64,000 bases of DNA, from the NCBI GenBank assembly GCA_963664395.2, contig OY761159.2, positions 2,336,001 to 2,400,000 on the forward strand. Direction: 5' to 3'. Under the pieces are notes generated by a model. The model was not told the DNA's origin. It ran no database searches and saw only the letters and a program-made list of their open reading frames with translations. Positions 27,943 to 38,304 of the stretch are shown piece by piece (the stretch's first letter is position 1; each line of letters starts with the position of its first letter). The translations under genes were made by a program, and so were the position numbers. Source of the stretch: Candidatus Binatia bacterium (GTDB lineage Bacteria > Desulfobacterota > Binatia > Bin18).

Positions 27943-29682
27943 ATGGAATCAGACACTACGCACGGCAAAGACTCCATTCGCTACGAACCCAACGAAAATC
28001 CACCGCCCCTGCTCTCCTTCGGTATCGGCTTGCAGGCGGCCATGCTCGTGGTGGGCGGGATAGTGTTGACCCCTGCGATCGTGATCCGGGCGGCCAACCA
28101 GAGCGAGGTCTATCTGTCCTGGGCGATCTTCGCGGCGCTCATCATCAGCGGAGCAACCACCATCCTGCAGGCCTTACGGGTCGGGCGTTTCGGAGCCGGT
28201 TACGTCCTTATCATGGGGACCTCCGGCGCTTTCATCGCAGTGTGTATCAGCGCACTGGTGGAGGGCGGGCCGGCGCTGATGGCGACGCTCATCTTTATCT
28301 CGTCCTTGTTTCAGTTCGTCCTGGCGACTCGGCTGTCGCTCTTGCGGCGGATCATTACGCCGGTTGTTTCGGGTACGGTGGTCGCGCTGATTGCCGTGAC
28401 CATTATGCCCATCGTATTTCGGATGGTGTCGGACGTGCCTCAGGGCACGCCGCTGGCAGCGGCGCCAGCGTCTGCCACTGCCACCCTGGTAACGATTGCG
28501 GCGCTGGCGTTGCGCGCGTCGGGTGTGTGGCGGCTATGGGCACCGGTCATCGGCATTGGGATGGGCTGTGTGGTCGCCTGGCTCTTCGGTCTCTACGACG
28601 TCGCTCGCGTGGCCGAGGCGGCTTGGGTCGGCGTGCCGACATCCGGCTGGCCGGGCTTTGACCTGACGTTTGGTAGCGAATTCTGGGTGCTTTTGCCGGC
28701 GTTCGTTTTTGTGACCCTGGTTGGGGCCATTGAAACCGTCGGCGATTCGGTGGCCATTCAGCGTGTCTCATGGCGCACACCCCGCGCAGTCGATTTCCGG
28801 ACGGTCCAGGGTGCGGTCAACGCCGACGGTCTGGGCAACTTGTTGTCCGGTCTGGCCAGTACTGTGCCGAATACGACCTACTCAAGCAGTATACCGCTCG
28901 CCGAATTGACTGGAGTGGCGGCGCGCAGTGTCGGGGTGTGCCTCGGCCTCGTCTTCATCGCCCTCGCGTTTCTGCCCAAGGTGGCGGCACTGCTGCTCGC
29001 CATTCCGAATCCGGTGGTTGCCGCCTATCTCATGGTGCTGATGGGTATGCTTTTCGTACAGGGCATGAAGATTGTTGTGCAGGGCGGCATCGACTATCGG
29101 AAATGCCTGGTGGTTGGGCTCGCCTTCTGGCTCGGCGTGGGCTTTCAGAATCAGGACATCTTCGCCGACCAACTCAGCGCACAGTGGAGGGCGCTGCTCG
29201 GCAACGGCATGACGACCGGTGGCTTGGCCGCCCTCGTTATGGTTCTCTTCATGGAGCTGACGGGTCCGCGGCGTCAGCGCCTGGAAATGGACCTGGACAT
29301 GGCGGCCCTGCCCAAGATTGACGGGTTTCTGCGTGAGCTTGCGTCAGGCTTCGGCTGGAATACCGCCTCGACGGAGCGCTTATGCGCGGCCGGCGAGGAG
29401 ACGCTCCTGAGTCTCGTCCAACAGGAAGACGAAAGTGTCTTCGACAAGCGGCGCCTCTTCGTTGTTGCGCGCGGTGATGGCACGGCAATCGAGCTGGAGT
29501 TCGTGGCGGCGATCGGCGACGAGAATCTCGAAGACCGCATGGTCCTGCTGGACGCGCAGAACGCCACGCCCGAAGAGCACGAGATTTCTCTCCGCCTGCT
29601 GAAGCACTTTGCGGCCTCGGTCCGCCACCAGCAGTATAACGACATCGACATCGTGACCGTGCGGGTCGAGGCATCGCGCTAG
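27943..29682 (+). CDS. NCS2 (xanthine/uracil/ascorbate) family permease with an extra C-terminal soluble domain
   Basis: YEPNENPP..GLQ, TTILQ, ETVGD, ADGLG, PNTTYS, IPNPV and many TMs. About 135-aa soluble tail. Confidence 0.85.
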   Translation: MESDTTHGKDSIRYEPNENPPPLLSFGIGLQAAMLVVGGIVLTPAIVIRAANQSEVYLSWAIFAALIISGATTILQALRVGRFGAGYVLIMGTSGAFIAVCISALVEGGPALMATLIFISSLFQFVLATRLSLLRRIITPVVSGTVVALIAVTIMPIVFRMVSDVPQGTPLAAAPASATATLVTIAALALRASGVWRLWAPVIGIGMGCVVAWLFGLYDVARVAEAAWVGVPTSGWPGFDLTFGSEFWVLLPAFVFVTLVGAIETVGDSVAIQRVSWRTPRAVDFRTVQGAVNADGLGNLLSGLASTVPNTTYSSSIPLAELTGVAARSVGVCLGLVFIALAFLPKVAALLLAIPNPVVAAYLMVLMGMLFVQGMKIVVQGGIDYRKCLVVGLAFWLGVGFQNQDIFADQLSAQWRALLGNGMTTGGLAALVMVLFMELTGPRRQRLEMDLDMAALPKIDGFLRELASGFGWNTASTERLCAAGEETLLSLVQQEDESVFDKRRLFVVARGDGTAIELEFVAAIGDENLEDRMVLLDAQNATPEEHEISLRLLKHFAASVRHQQYNDIDIVTVRVEASR

Positions 29683-29699
29683 GCTGGGATCATCAACCC

Positions 29700-31115
29700 C
29701 TACTCGACGGACGGCTTGGCGTCCTGCCAGGGACACATCTGCTCAAACGCTGCGGAGGCGCGCAGCACGCCGGCATCATCGAAGCGCCGCCCAACAATTT
29801 GGAGTCCAACCGGTAAGCCCGACTTGGTGAACCCGCACGGGATGGACGCCGCGGGGTTGCCAGTCAGGTTGAAGGGAAACGTAAAGGCGAGCCACTCGTA
29901 CGGGGCGAGCCGGGTGCCGTTCACTGATTCGGCATTGTCGAGCCCGACCGCAAACGGCGGGCAGGGCAGGGTCGGGGTGAGCAGCAGGCTGTATTTCTCA
30001 AAAAACTTCTGAACCCCGGTATTCCATTCCAGGCGCGCAAACCACGAGTCAATATAATAATTGGCTTTCCATTTGTGCGTTTTTTCAATCAGCTTCACCA
30101 GATTGGGATCAATATCCGACCGGCGCGTTTCGAGGGCCGGTCCCAATCGTGCGGCAATCCCGCCACAAAACAGCCCCTCCCAGGCCGGTTGCGGGTTTGG
30201 CCACTTGGGTTTGACGCTTTCGACCCGACAGCCCAAGTCCCTGAACCGTCGGGCCGCCTTGGCGCACAAGGCTTTGACCTCTGGATCAATCGCCTTGGTA
30301 AAGCCCAGATCGTCACACCAGGCCACCCGCCAGCCTGTCAGCGAGCCCTTGAGGGCTTTGACATAGTCGGTTGTATCAGCCGGCAAAGAGTATTGATCGC
30401 GCCCGTCCGGCCCTGCCGTGACATTCAGCATGAGCGCGGCATCGGCCACCGTTCGCGTCATCGGCCCAACATGAGACAAACTCCAGGCTCCGCTCGGCGG
30501 ACACACCGGAATCCGGCCAAAAGACGGCTTGATCCCATATACCCCGCTGAACGACGAAGGGATACGAATCGAGCCGCCCCCGTCCGTTCCTATGGCGAGG
30601 GGTCCCAGGCCGGCGGCAATCGTCGCTCCGGCCCCACCGCTTGAGCCGCCCGGTGTCAGGGCGACATTCCACGGATTCCGGGTTGGTCCGAATAAGAGAT
30701 TGTGGGTGACTCCCAGCCAGCCAAATGTTGGCGTATTTGTCTTGCCGAGTTGAATGCCTCCTGCCGCTTTCATGCGCGCTACCATAGGGGCATCCTCGGT
30801 CGGGATATTGTCGGCGAAGAGGGGGGTCCCAAACGTCGTGCGAACCCCCTTGGTTATCACTAAATCCTTGGTTGAGAACGGAACGCCGTGGAGTGGGCCA
30901 AGTGAAGCCGAACGCTGCATGAGCATTTTCTCGGCTTTGCGCGCGTCGCGCAGGGCGGCTTTGTCCGTCAGGGTGACAAAGGCGTTGAGCTGTGGATTGA
31001 GTTGGTCAATCCGATCAAGTACCGCGCGCGTGACTTCGACCGGGGAGAGCTGTTTACGCCGAATCGCTTTCGCCAGTTCGGTTGCAGACAACCAGCAGAT
31101 ATCGTCCTTTGCCAT
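29700..31115 (-). CDS. Amidase signature family enzyme
   Basis: GPLHGVPFSTKD, GKTNTP, GGSSGG, GTDGGGSIRIP and FNLTGNPA. Confidence 0.94.
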   Translation of the reverse strand: MAKDDICWLSATELAKAIRRKQLSPVEVTRAVLDRIDQLNPQLNAFVTLTDKAALRDARKAEKMLMQRSASLGPLHGVPFSTKDLVITKGVRTTFGTPLFADNIPTEDAPMVARMKAAGGIQLGKTNTPTFGWLGVTHNLLFGPTRNPWNVALTPGGSSGGAGATIAAGLGPLAIGTDGGGSIRIPSSFSGVYGIKPSFGRIPVCPPSGAWSLSHVGPMTRTVADAALMLNVTAGPDGRDQYSLPADTTDYVKALKGSLTGWRVAWCDDLGFTKAIDPEVKALCAKAARRFRDLGCRVESVKPKWPNPQPAWEGLFCGGIAARLGPALETRRSDIDPNLVKLIEKTHKWKANYYIDSWFARLEWNTGVQKFFEKYSLLLTPTLPCPPFAVGLDNAESVNGTRLAPYEWLAFTFPFNLTGNPAASIPCGFTKSGLPVGLQIVGRRFDDAGVLRASAAFEQMCPWQDAKPSVE

Positions 31116-31427
31116 GGCATCCTCCTTTTCCCTCTCTGTGTACGAATCTTCCAGACATGAGGCAAGCTCCTAGGGGACAAGAAGACTTTGATACGGCCGC
31201 ATCCCTCTCTGATAATCGCACCTTGCCTCAATTCCGACTGAATGGTAGGGTTCCCGTCTCTTATACGGTTCATCCCCTGAGTCGCGCTTCTCTTTTTCTC
31301 CCAAGCAGGACTCTCTGAGCCTGCAACCGGGAGCAGTCAAAGCCTGCAACGAGACGGAGTAGACGGCGGTGGGGGACCCGGAGGAAATGAAGCGTTACCA
31401 CTCTCGAACGCATTCAGGAGTTTATAC

Positions 31428-32306
31428 ATGTCCGAACAGCAAGCAGATATTTCAGCCCAACGTGTGGCTTATCGTGTTGAAGAAGAACTGACCATTGTCG
31501 GTGACGCCTGGGGTGATGCCGAGAACCCACCGGTCCTGCTCCTGCACGGTGGCGGCCAAACGCGCTTTGCCTGGGGGAATACGGCCCGAACCCTGGCCGA
31601 GCAAGGCTGGTATGCGGTGTCCCTGGACCTGCGCGGTCATGGTGAGAGCGGCTGGGCTCCGGACGGCAACTACAATATCGAGAAGTTTTCCGCGGACCTC
31701 CACGTTGTGTTGGGCCATTTTGATCAGCGCCCCGTCCTGGTGGGCGCTTCCCTTGGCGGCATTACCTCAATGCTTACCGAGGGTGAAGCGCCGGAGCCGG
31801 TGAGCGCCGGGATCGTCTTAGTCGATGTCACGCCACGGGTTGAACAGAAAGGCGTGGACCGTATCCGGGCGTTCATGACCGCCCGCCCGGACGGTTTTGG
31901 CAGTCTGGAAGAAGTCGCCGACACCATCGCCGAATATATTCCCCATCGGCCCCGCCCAAAGGATGTGAGCGGCCTAGCCAAAAATATGCGTAAGGGAGAG
32001 GACGGTCGCTACCGCTGGCACTGGGACCCGAATCTTATGAGCCCAGCCCGCTTTCGGCGCGACCCCGAACGGCTCATGGCGGCGGCCCGTGGGTTGCAGC
32101 GAGTGCCAACGCTGCTGATCCGAGGAAAACTGAGCGATGTGATCAGTGACGAAACGACCCAGGAATTTCTCGATGCCGTGCCGCATGCCAAATATATAGA
32201 CGTGTCTGATGCCGGCCATATGGTAGCCGGAGATAAAAACGATATCTTCAGCACAGCCGTGATCGAATTCCTGGCTGATATCAAGACGCAAGCGCCGGCA
32301 GCTTAG
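31428..32306 (+). CDS. Alpha/beta-fold hydrolase
   Basis: LLHGGGQ, DLRGHGES, GASLGG and AGHMVAGD. Confidence 0.9.
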   Translation: MSEQQADISAQRVAYRVEEELTIVGDAWGDAENPPVLLLHGGGQTRFAWGNTARTLAEQGWYAVSLDLRGHGESGWAPDGNYNIEKFSADLHVVLGHFDQRPVLVGASLGGITSMLTEGEAPEPVSAGIVLVDVTPRVEQKGVDRIRAFMTARPDGFGSLEEVADTIAEYIPHRPRPKDVSGLAKNMRKGEDGRYRWHWDPNLMSPARFRRDPERLMAAARGLQRVPTLLIRGKLSDVISDETTQEFLDAVPHAKYIDVSDAGHMVAGDKNDIFSTAVIEFLADIKTQAPAA

Positions 32307-32330
32307 GCAAATTGCGATTCTGTGTAGCCG

Positions 32331-32405
32331 CCCGTCATTCCTGCGGAAGCAGGAATCTAGGCCCCCGCCGCCCGCTGGATGCCGGATCACGTCCGGCATG
32401 ACGGG
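32331..32405. repeat. REP-like composite palindrome (GTCATTCC../..GGCATGAC type), copy 1
   Basis: cccgtcattcctgcggaagcaggaatc...ggatgccggatcacgtccggcatgacggg. Related copy at 56411. Confidence 0.8.
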
Positions 32406-32535
32406 AGCCCCCTGCACGAAACTCGTCGTTGGGTCGCATAAGTGCTTGCCGGAAAATCTTGGCTTTCGCAATGGAGCCAGCTAGGCTAGGAGCCTGCTCG
32501 CCGCGCGATTTATTGTGGGACAAAAGGAGAGCCAT

Positions 32536-32958
32536 ATGGAAAACAAGCCGGAAAAAACGGCGCTGCAAGACGATTACTCCTACCGGGCGGTTGATGCCTA
32601 TAACACCCGGATGTACCTCCTTCCAGTCCTGGCCGACCCTCAGCGACGCGCGGCGCTCATTGCCGAGCATCGCGCCCGGCCGATTTACGCAGCCGCCCAG
32701 CCCGGCAAGCCGGCACCCATGGACAGCCCGGACCTGGCCCGTTTGCTGGACCGCCTGCGGGTCGTACCGCAGCAGGACAAACACGTTATTGTCGAAACGC
32801 GCCCCTGGGAGGAATATCGCATTGGTGTTCTGCCTGGAGTGCGGGGCAGGGCTGTTGAAATTACGGACGAAGCCTATCCGACTCGTGAAGACGCTGAGCA
32901 TGCGATTTTCCTCAAACGCCTTGGCGCATTACTCGAAGCGTACGGAATTGAAGAGTAA
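32536..32958 (+). CDS. Probable small subunit of an N,N-dimethylformamidase-like enzyme
   Basis: ~140 aa directly upstream of the large subunit. LIAEHRARP, LARLLDRLR and EDAEHAIFLKRL resemble the DMFase small subunit. AGGAG RBS. Confidence 0.75.
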   Translation: MENKPEKTALQDDYSYRAVDAYNTRMYLLPVLADPQRRAALIAEHRARPIYAAAQPGKPAPMDSPDLARLLDRLRVVPQQDKHVIVETRPWEEYRIGVLPGVRGRAVEITDEAYPTREDAEHAIFLKRLGALLEAYGIEE

Positions 32959-32978
32959 TCAGCCGAAGGAGATGATGC

Positions 32979-35354
32979 ATGACGACACTTGGTATCACAG
33001 GCTATAGCGACCGTATTTCTGTTCAGCCCGGACAGACGATTAAATTCCATGTCCACTCCGAACGCAGCGAATCCTACCGGGCCGATATCGTGCGGCTCAT
33101 CCATGGCGATACCAATCCTGACGGTCCCGGCTACAAAGAAGAAGAGATTGAGGCCGGGGTGAGTGGTGAATATCCGGGGCGTCATCAAGCCGTCCATGCC
33201 GGCTCGTATATTTGTGTTCCACACGATGCGCGGTTCGATATCAGCAGTTTTACCCTGATGGCACTGGTCTTTCCCACCACGCCAACCACAGGCGTACAGG
33301 GAATAGTCACGAAATGGTCCGGGCCGGATGAAACGGGCTATGGCCTGTTTATTGACAAGCAGGGTGAGCTGGCCGTGTGGATTGGCCGGGGGAAGGGCGT
33401 GGTCGAACAGGTTTCCTCGGGTAAACCGCTCTTCCGCAAGGTGTGGTATCTGGTGGCTGCGAGCTTTGATGCGGCCAGCGGTCACCTGACCCTGGTGCAA
33501 GAGCCGATTGTGACCAGCACCAATACGGGACACGGTATGCGCTTCATCCATCCCATCGAAGAAACCCGTGCCACCGTCGAGCTGCACGCCTCTCCCCAAG
33601 CACCCGCCGCGAATGACTGTCCGGTGCTGATTGCTGCGGCAACCACCCGGGCGCATTCAGGCCGGCGTATTTGTGGTGGGCACTTCAGTCATGTGCACTC
33701 ACCGATAGAGATTCCGGAACACGAAGCCAAGTTCAACGGACGGATAGAGCGCCCGGCTATTGCCAATCGTGTGCTTAACCGGGCGGAAATCGAACGCATC
33801 CTGCGAGGTCCCCGGCCCCTCCCCGCTGACCTGCGGCCGGCTGTTGTCGCGTCCTGGGACTTTGCGGCCAATATCGTTCCGAATGCCGCCTCAACCCAGG
33901 TGCTCGATGACTCCTTGCACCGCCTGCACGGTCACTGCATCAATATGCCGGCGCGCGGCATGCCCGGTCATAGCTGGACTGCGGACCATATGAGTTTTAC
34001 TGCCGCGCCGCAGGAGTACGGGGCGATTCATTTTCATGACGACGCCGTCGACGACGCACGCTGGGAGATTGATTTTGCGCTGACCATTCCCGAGAGCATG
34101 AAAAGCGGGGTGTATGCCGCTCGGTTGCGTTTGGGCGGCCTGGACACGCCCGGCAACGAAGACTACATCCCGTTCTTCGTGCGTCCTCCGGCGGGCAGAC
34201 CAAGCGCCCGGATTGCGGTTATTATTCCGACGGCCAGCTATATGGCCTATGCCAACGAAAATCTCAGCGCGGATTCGCAAGTCGCCCAGCTCCTGACCGG
34301 TCGCGTGCCACTCATGCAGCCTGGAGACCTCTTACTCCAGGAAAAGGACGGCTACGGCTATGGCACCTACACCGTCCATAGTGACGGCTGGGGGGTGCAA
34401 ATCTCGTCGCGGCTGCGGCCCATTCTCAATATGCGGCCCAAATACACGCACGTGCTGTCGCCGTCAGTCTGGCAACTGAACGCAGACCTGCATCTGACCG
34501 ACTGGCTTGAGGCCATGCAGTTTGACTTTGATGTGCATACGGATGAAGACCTGCAACGTGAAGGGGTCGAACTGCTCAAGCAATACCGCGTCGTGCTGAC
34601 CTGTCATCATCCCGAGTATTGCTCGGAAGAGATGCTGGACGCCTACGAAGCCTATCAGCAGCAAGGCGGACGCTGGCTCTACCTGGCGGCCAACGGTTTT
34701 TACTGGTGTACGGTGTTTCACCCCGATAATCCCGCTCTCATCGAAGTCCGTAAAGGCGACAATGGCACGCGCGCCTGGACCATCAACCCGGGGGAATACT
34801 GTAATGCCTTTGATGGAAAACACGGCGGTCTGTGGCGAGTCCGGGGCCGAAACATGAGTAAGCTGACCGGCGTGAGTTTTACCTCGTTCGGTCTGACAGC
34901 CTCCAGCTATTACCGCCGGGCTCCGGACAGTGTACGGCCGGAATGTGCCTGGATGTTTGAAGGCATAGGTGAAGACGAGCCGATTGGGAATTTCGGTCTG
35001 GTCGGCGGGGGAGCCGCCGGGCTGGAGCTCGACCGCTACGACCTGGAACTCGGCACCCCCCATAACGCCTTTCTGCTCGCCCACTCTGAGGGGCATAATG
35101 ATATTTTTGTGACGGTCTCAGAGGAATCGACGTTCAACGCACGGGGCTATTTTGCGGCCGGCGGCACCGGCGATCAGAATCCCTATATCCGGGCGGACAT
35201 CGTCTACTTCAAAACGCCAAATGACGGGGCGGTGTTCTCGGCCAGCTCCATGGCCTGGTGTGGGAGTCTCTCCCACAATAATTATGACAATAATGTGTCG
35301 CGTCTGACCGCAAATGTGATTCGCGGCTTTCTCCAAGACGGGCCGTTGCCGTAA
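32979..35354 (+). CDS. N,N-dimethylformamidase large-subunit family protein
   Basis: GYSDRISV.PG, RLIHGDTNPDGPG, LamG-like domain, YGAIHFHDD, SGVYA, YMAYANE, SRLRPILNMRP, HPEY, ANGFYW, GLELDR and RLTANV. Confidence 0.88.
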   Translation: MTTLGITGYSDRISVQPGQTIKFHVHSERSESYRADIVRLIHGDTNPDGPGYKEEEIEAGVSGEYPGRHQAVHAGSYICVPHDARFDISSFTLMALVFPTTPTTGVQGIVTKWSGPDETGYGLFIDKQGELAVWIGRGKGVVEQVSSGKPLFRKVWYLVAASFDAASGHLTLVQEPIVTSTNTGHGMRFIHPIEETRATVELHASPQAPAANDCPVLIAAATTRAHSGRRICGGHFSHVHSPIEIPEHEAKFNGRIERPAIANRVLNRAEIERILRGPRPLPADLRPAVVASWDFAANIVPNAASTQVLDDSLHRLHGHCINMPARGMPGHSWTADHMSFTAAPQEYGAIHFHDDAVDDARWEIDFALTIPESMKSGVYAARLRLGGLDTPGNEDYIPFFVRPPAGRPSARIAVIIPTASYMAYANENLSADSQVAQLLTGRVPLMQPGDLLLQEKDGYGYGTYTVHSDGWGVQISSRLRPILNMRPKYTHVLSPSVWQLNADLHLTDWLEAMQFDFDVHTDEDLQREGVELLKQYRVVLTCHHPEYCSEEMLDAYEAYQQQGGRWLYLAANGFYWCTVFHPDNPALIEVRKGDNGTRAWTINPGEYCNAFDGKHGGLWRVRGRNMSKLTGVSFTSFGLTASSYYRRAPDSVRPECAWMFEGIGEDEPIGNFGLVGGGAAGLELDRYDLELGTPHNAFLLAHSEGHNDIFVTVSEESTFNARGYFAAGGTGDQNPYIRADIVYFKTPNDGAVFSASSMAWCGSLSHNNYDNNVSRLTANVIRGFLQDGPLP

Positions 35355-35503
35355 GTTCGAGGGATAGCTTCAGAGCGGACAGCGGGATGGTAGAGCAACC
35401 GATAGGGTGGAGCGGTATCAGTCATCCCAGGCCGCTGTTTCCTGAGTGGTTGCAGTAGTGCATCACTTGTGGAGAACCATACTCAAGAAGCGGAAATCCT
35501 CAG

Positions 35504-36094
35504 ATGGCAACACGGACGAAACCGCTAAAACGCTGCGCCTGGGCCAAAAACGAACTGGCGATTCAGTACCATGACGAGGAATGGGGCATGCCGGTGCACG
35601 ACGACCGGACGCTGTTCGAGTTTCTCATCCTCGAAGGGGCGCAGGCTGGCTTGAGTTGGGACACCATTCTCAAGAAGCGCGCCCACTATCGGACCGTCTT
35701 TGATCACTTCGACCCCGTGCGGGTCGCCGGCTACACCCCGCGCAAAGTTGAGCGGCTGCTGGCCGACCCCGGCATCGTGCGAAACCGGCTGAAGGTCGAG
35801 TCCGCCATAAAGAACGCCAAGGCGTTTCTGGAGGTCCAAAAAGAAGAGGGGAGTTTTGACGCCTATATCTGGCAGTTTATTGATGGTCAGCCGCGCCGGA
35901 ATACGTGGCGTTCACTTCAAGAGGTCCCGGCGCACACCGCGCAGTCGGACGCGATGAGCAAAGCCCTGAAAAAACGCGGCTTCTCGTTTGTGGGATCAAC
36001 AATTTGTTATGCGTTCATGCAGGCCACCGGCATGCTCAACGATCACACCACGGACTGTTTTCGGTATGGGGAGGTCTTTCCCCTCTCCCCTTGA
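35504..36094 (+). CDS. tag: DNA-3-methyladenine glycosylase I
   Basis: RCAW, YHDEEWG, LFEFLILEGAQAGLSW, IVRNRLK and FMQATGMLNDH...C. Confidence 0.95.
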   Translation: MATRTKPLKRCAWAKNELAIQYHDEEWGMPVHDDRTLFEFLILEGAQAGLSWDTILKKRAHYRTVFDHFDPVRVAGYTPRKVERLLADPGIVRNRLKVESAIKNAKAFLEVQKEEGSFDAYIWQFIDGQPRRNTWRSLQEVPAHTAQSDAMSKALKKRGFSFVGSTICYAFMQATGMLNDHTTDCFRYGEVFPLSP

Positions 36095-36117
36095 GGGAGA
36101 GGGCCAGGGTGAGGGGG
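36080..36117. repeat. REP-like CCCTCTCCC..GGGAGAGGG palindrome overlapping the tag stop codon
   Basis: cccctctccccttgagggagagggccagggtgagggg. Confidence 0.7.
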
Positions 36118-36127
36118 TTCTTTCCTC

Positions 36128-37138
36128 TTAGCCCGTAATGACGATCTTGCCAAAATGCGTGGCGCTTTCCATGAGTTTCAGGGCTTCCTGAGCTTCCTCA
36201 AACGGATACACCTGATCAATCACCGGCTTGATCTGATTCACGGCCATGGCCGTATTCATATCTTCAAACATTACGCGTGAGCCAACATAGACACCTTGGA
36301 GTCGCAGGCTCTTCATCAGTACCGGAATAGGATTCACCTCACCATCTGTGCCGGCCAGAATACCGATCAAGCCAATAAAGCCGCCGACCCGCGCGGCCTC
36401 CATCGATTGCACCAGCGTCCCGGCCCCGGCCACTTCGACCACCTGATCGACCCCGATACCATCGGTGAGTTCCAACACCTTTTTGCCCCACTCTTGTGTG
36501 GTCCTGTAATTAATAATTTCGGATGCACCGAGCTGTGTGGCGCGTGCGAGTTTTTCGTCACTGCTCGATGTAATAATCGTGCGCACCCCGGCGGCTTTGG
36601 CAAACTGAAGGGCGAAGATCGAGACGCCACCGGTTCCCAGAATCAATATCGTGTCACCGGCTTTCATATTGCCCAGCGTGACCATGCTCTGCCAGGCGGT
36701 AACTGCGGCGCAGGGCAGGGCGGCGGCGTCTTCATACGTCATATAATCGGGGATTTTCACGACGCCGTCTTCGTGCAAGACGACCAGTTCGGCCCACATG
36801 CCGTCCAGGGCTCCGCCGAGCGCCGAGGCCCCATGGGCCGCGTCCGGCCCACCGGCCAGCCAGTTCTGAAAGAAAATACCGGCGACTCGGTCGCCCGGTT
36901 TGACCCGCGTTACACCTTCGCCAGTGGCAACCACCTCGCCCGCGCCATCGGACAACGGAATGAGGGGAAGATTCAGCCCTCGCATCCCGCCGTGTTTGAC
37001 TGTCATGAGGTCACGATAATTGAGTGAAGTCGCTTTGACCCGAATAGCAATCTGACCGTGACCGGGCTGCGGGTCGGACTGGTCGGTCAGGGTTAAATTT
37101 TCAATGCCGAATTCCTGATTGATTTGCCATGCACGCAT
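36128..37138 (-). CDS. NAD(P)-dependent medium-chain dehydrogenase/reductase
   Basis: SLNYRD, PLSDGAGEV, LPCAAVTAW, GTGGVS and HFGKIVI. Confidence 0.9.
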   Translation of the reverse strand: MRAWQINQEFGIENLTLTDQSDPQPGHGQIAIRVKATSLNYRDLMTVKHGGMRGLNLPLIPLSDGAGEVVATGEGVTRVKPGDRVAGIFFQNWLAGGPDAAHGASALGGALDGMWAELVVLHEDGVVKIPDYMTYEDAAALPCAAVTAWQSMVTLGNMKAGDTILILGTGGVSIFALQFAKAAGVRTIITSSSDEKLARATQLGASEIINYRTTQEWGKKVLELTDGIGVDQVVEVAGAGTLVQSMEAARVGGFIGLIGILAGTDGEVNPIPVLMKSLRLQGVYVGSRVMFEDMNTAMAVNQIKPVIDQVYPFEEAQEALKLMESATHFGKIVITG

Positions 37139-37161
37139 GTCAGTAACTCCTTATTTATATT

Positions 37162-38178
37162 TTATGCGGAAAACGCCTTGACTATCGAGCGCCAGCGAGC
37201 ATCGTTTACGCCCGGACGGTCGGGATGATAGAAGGCCACCCGGTCGAGCAAGCCGTCGTATTTTTCTTTGAGCATGGCCGGGACTTCAGCCGGGGAGCCG
37301 GTCACCGCGTACTCGTCCAGCATCTCATCGGTCACGTCGTTGGCCATGGCCTGCCATTCGCCCTTGGCCGCTTTGGCGTTCAGGCTGAGACAGGCGTCGC
37401 CCCAGCCGTGGACGTCCAGCACCGGTTTATACGTTCGGGTCGAGGCATAGAACGCAATCTGCATGCGCACCTTTTCGCGCATGGTATCCATTTCTTTTTG
37501 CGTGTCGCCCATAATCACAAAAGACGAGCTTGCGACCACAAGGTCTTGTCGGCTGCGACCGGATTTCCGCGCCCCCTCTTCAATCTGGGGAATCACCCGT
37601 TCGCGCAGAAATTTCGCGGAATGAAACGGGTGAGCGTGAAAGCCGTCGCACAGCTCGCCCGCCAAACGGCACATATACGGGTTGACCCCGGCAATATAGA
37701 TGGGAATCTGCGGATGGTCGATTTTTTCTGGCGAAAAGGCCGGGGTCATGAGCGTATGCTGATAAAACTCGCCCTGAAAGTCCAACGGCGTACCGTTTTG
37801 CCAGCAGTCCCAAATCGCCCGCAGGGCCAGAACAATCTCGCGCACCTTCGGCCCCGGCGATTCCCACTTTACACTATACCGACGTTGGTTATGGCCTTTG
37901 ACTTGGGTGCCGAGTCCCAGCACGAAGCGCCCGTTTGAGGCGCGTTGCAGGTCCCAGGCCGTATAGGCCAGCGACATCGGACTGCGCGGAAACGCCAGGG
38001 CAATCGCCGTGCCGAGTGTGAGCCTGGTGGTTGTAGTCGCCGAGACGGCGAGCGAAAGAAAGGGGTCGTGCTGGTTCTCCATGCTCCACGCCCCGTCAAA
38101 ACCCATGTCCTCGGCAGTGCGCGCAATCGTAATCGCTTCGTCGAGTGAGCGGGCCGTCAGTAAGCTGTCGAGTTTCAT
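37162..38178 (-). CDS. LLM-class, probably F420-dependent oxidoreductase (TIGR03617-like)
   Basis: ENQHDPF, IALAFPRSP, GRFVLGLGTQVKGH, QIAFYASTRTY. Confidence 0.85.
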   Translation of the reverse strand: MKLDSLLTARSLDEAITIARTAEDMGFDGAWSMENQHDPFLSLAVSATTTTRLTLGTAIALAFPRSPMSLAYTAWDLQRASNGRFVLGLGTQVKGHNQRRYSVKWESPGPKVREIVLALRAIWDCWQNGTPLDFQGEFYQHTLMTPAFSPEKIDHPQIPIYIAGVNPYMCRLAGELCDGFHAHPFHSAKFLRERVIPQIEEGARKSGRSRQDLVVASSSFVIMGDTQKEMDTMREKVRMQIAFYASTRTYKPVLDVHGWGDACLSLNAKAAKGEWQAMANDVTDEMLDEYAVTGSPAEVPAMLKEKYDGLLDRVAFYHPDRPGVNDARWRSIVKAFSA

Positions 38179-38304
38179 ATGTATCCTTCTCCGTTTCGTG
38201 GCGGGATCGTCTGCGTGACCAGGTCGTAGCGGATCGGACGTTGCAGCCGCGTTCTTATCAGTTACCCGCCGGATGTCCAGAGTAGGTCTCCGCGGCCGCG
38301 ATTC

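Noticed and set aside
31318-31350. AGCCTGCAAC direct repeat in the divergent amidase/hydrolase promoter region
   Set aside because: Only two 10-bp copies and no adjacent regulator, too weak to call a binding site.
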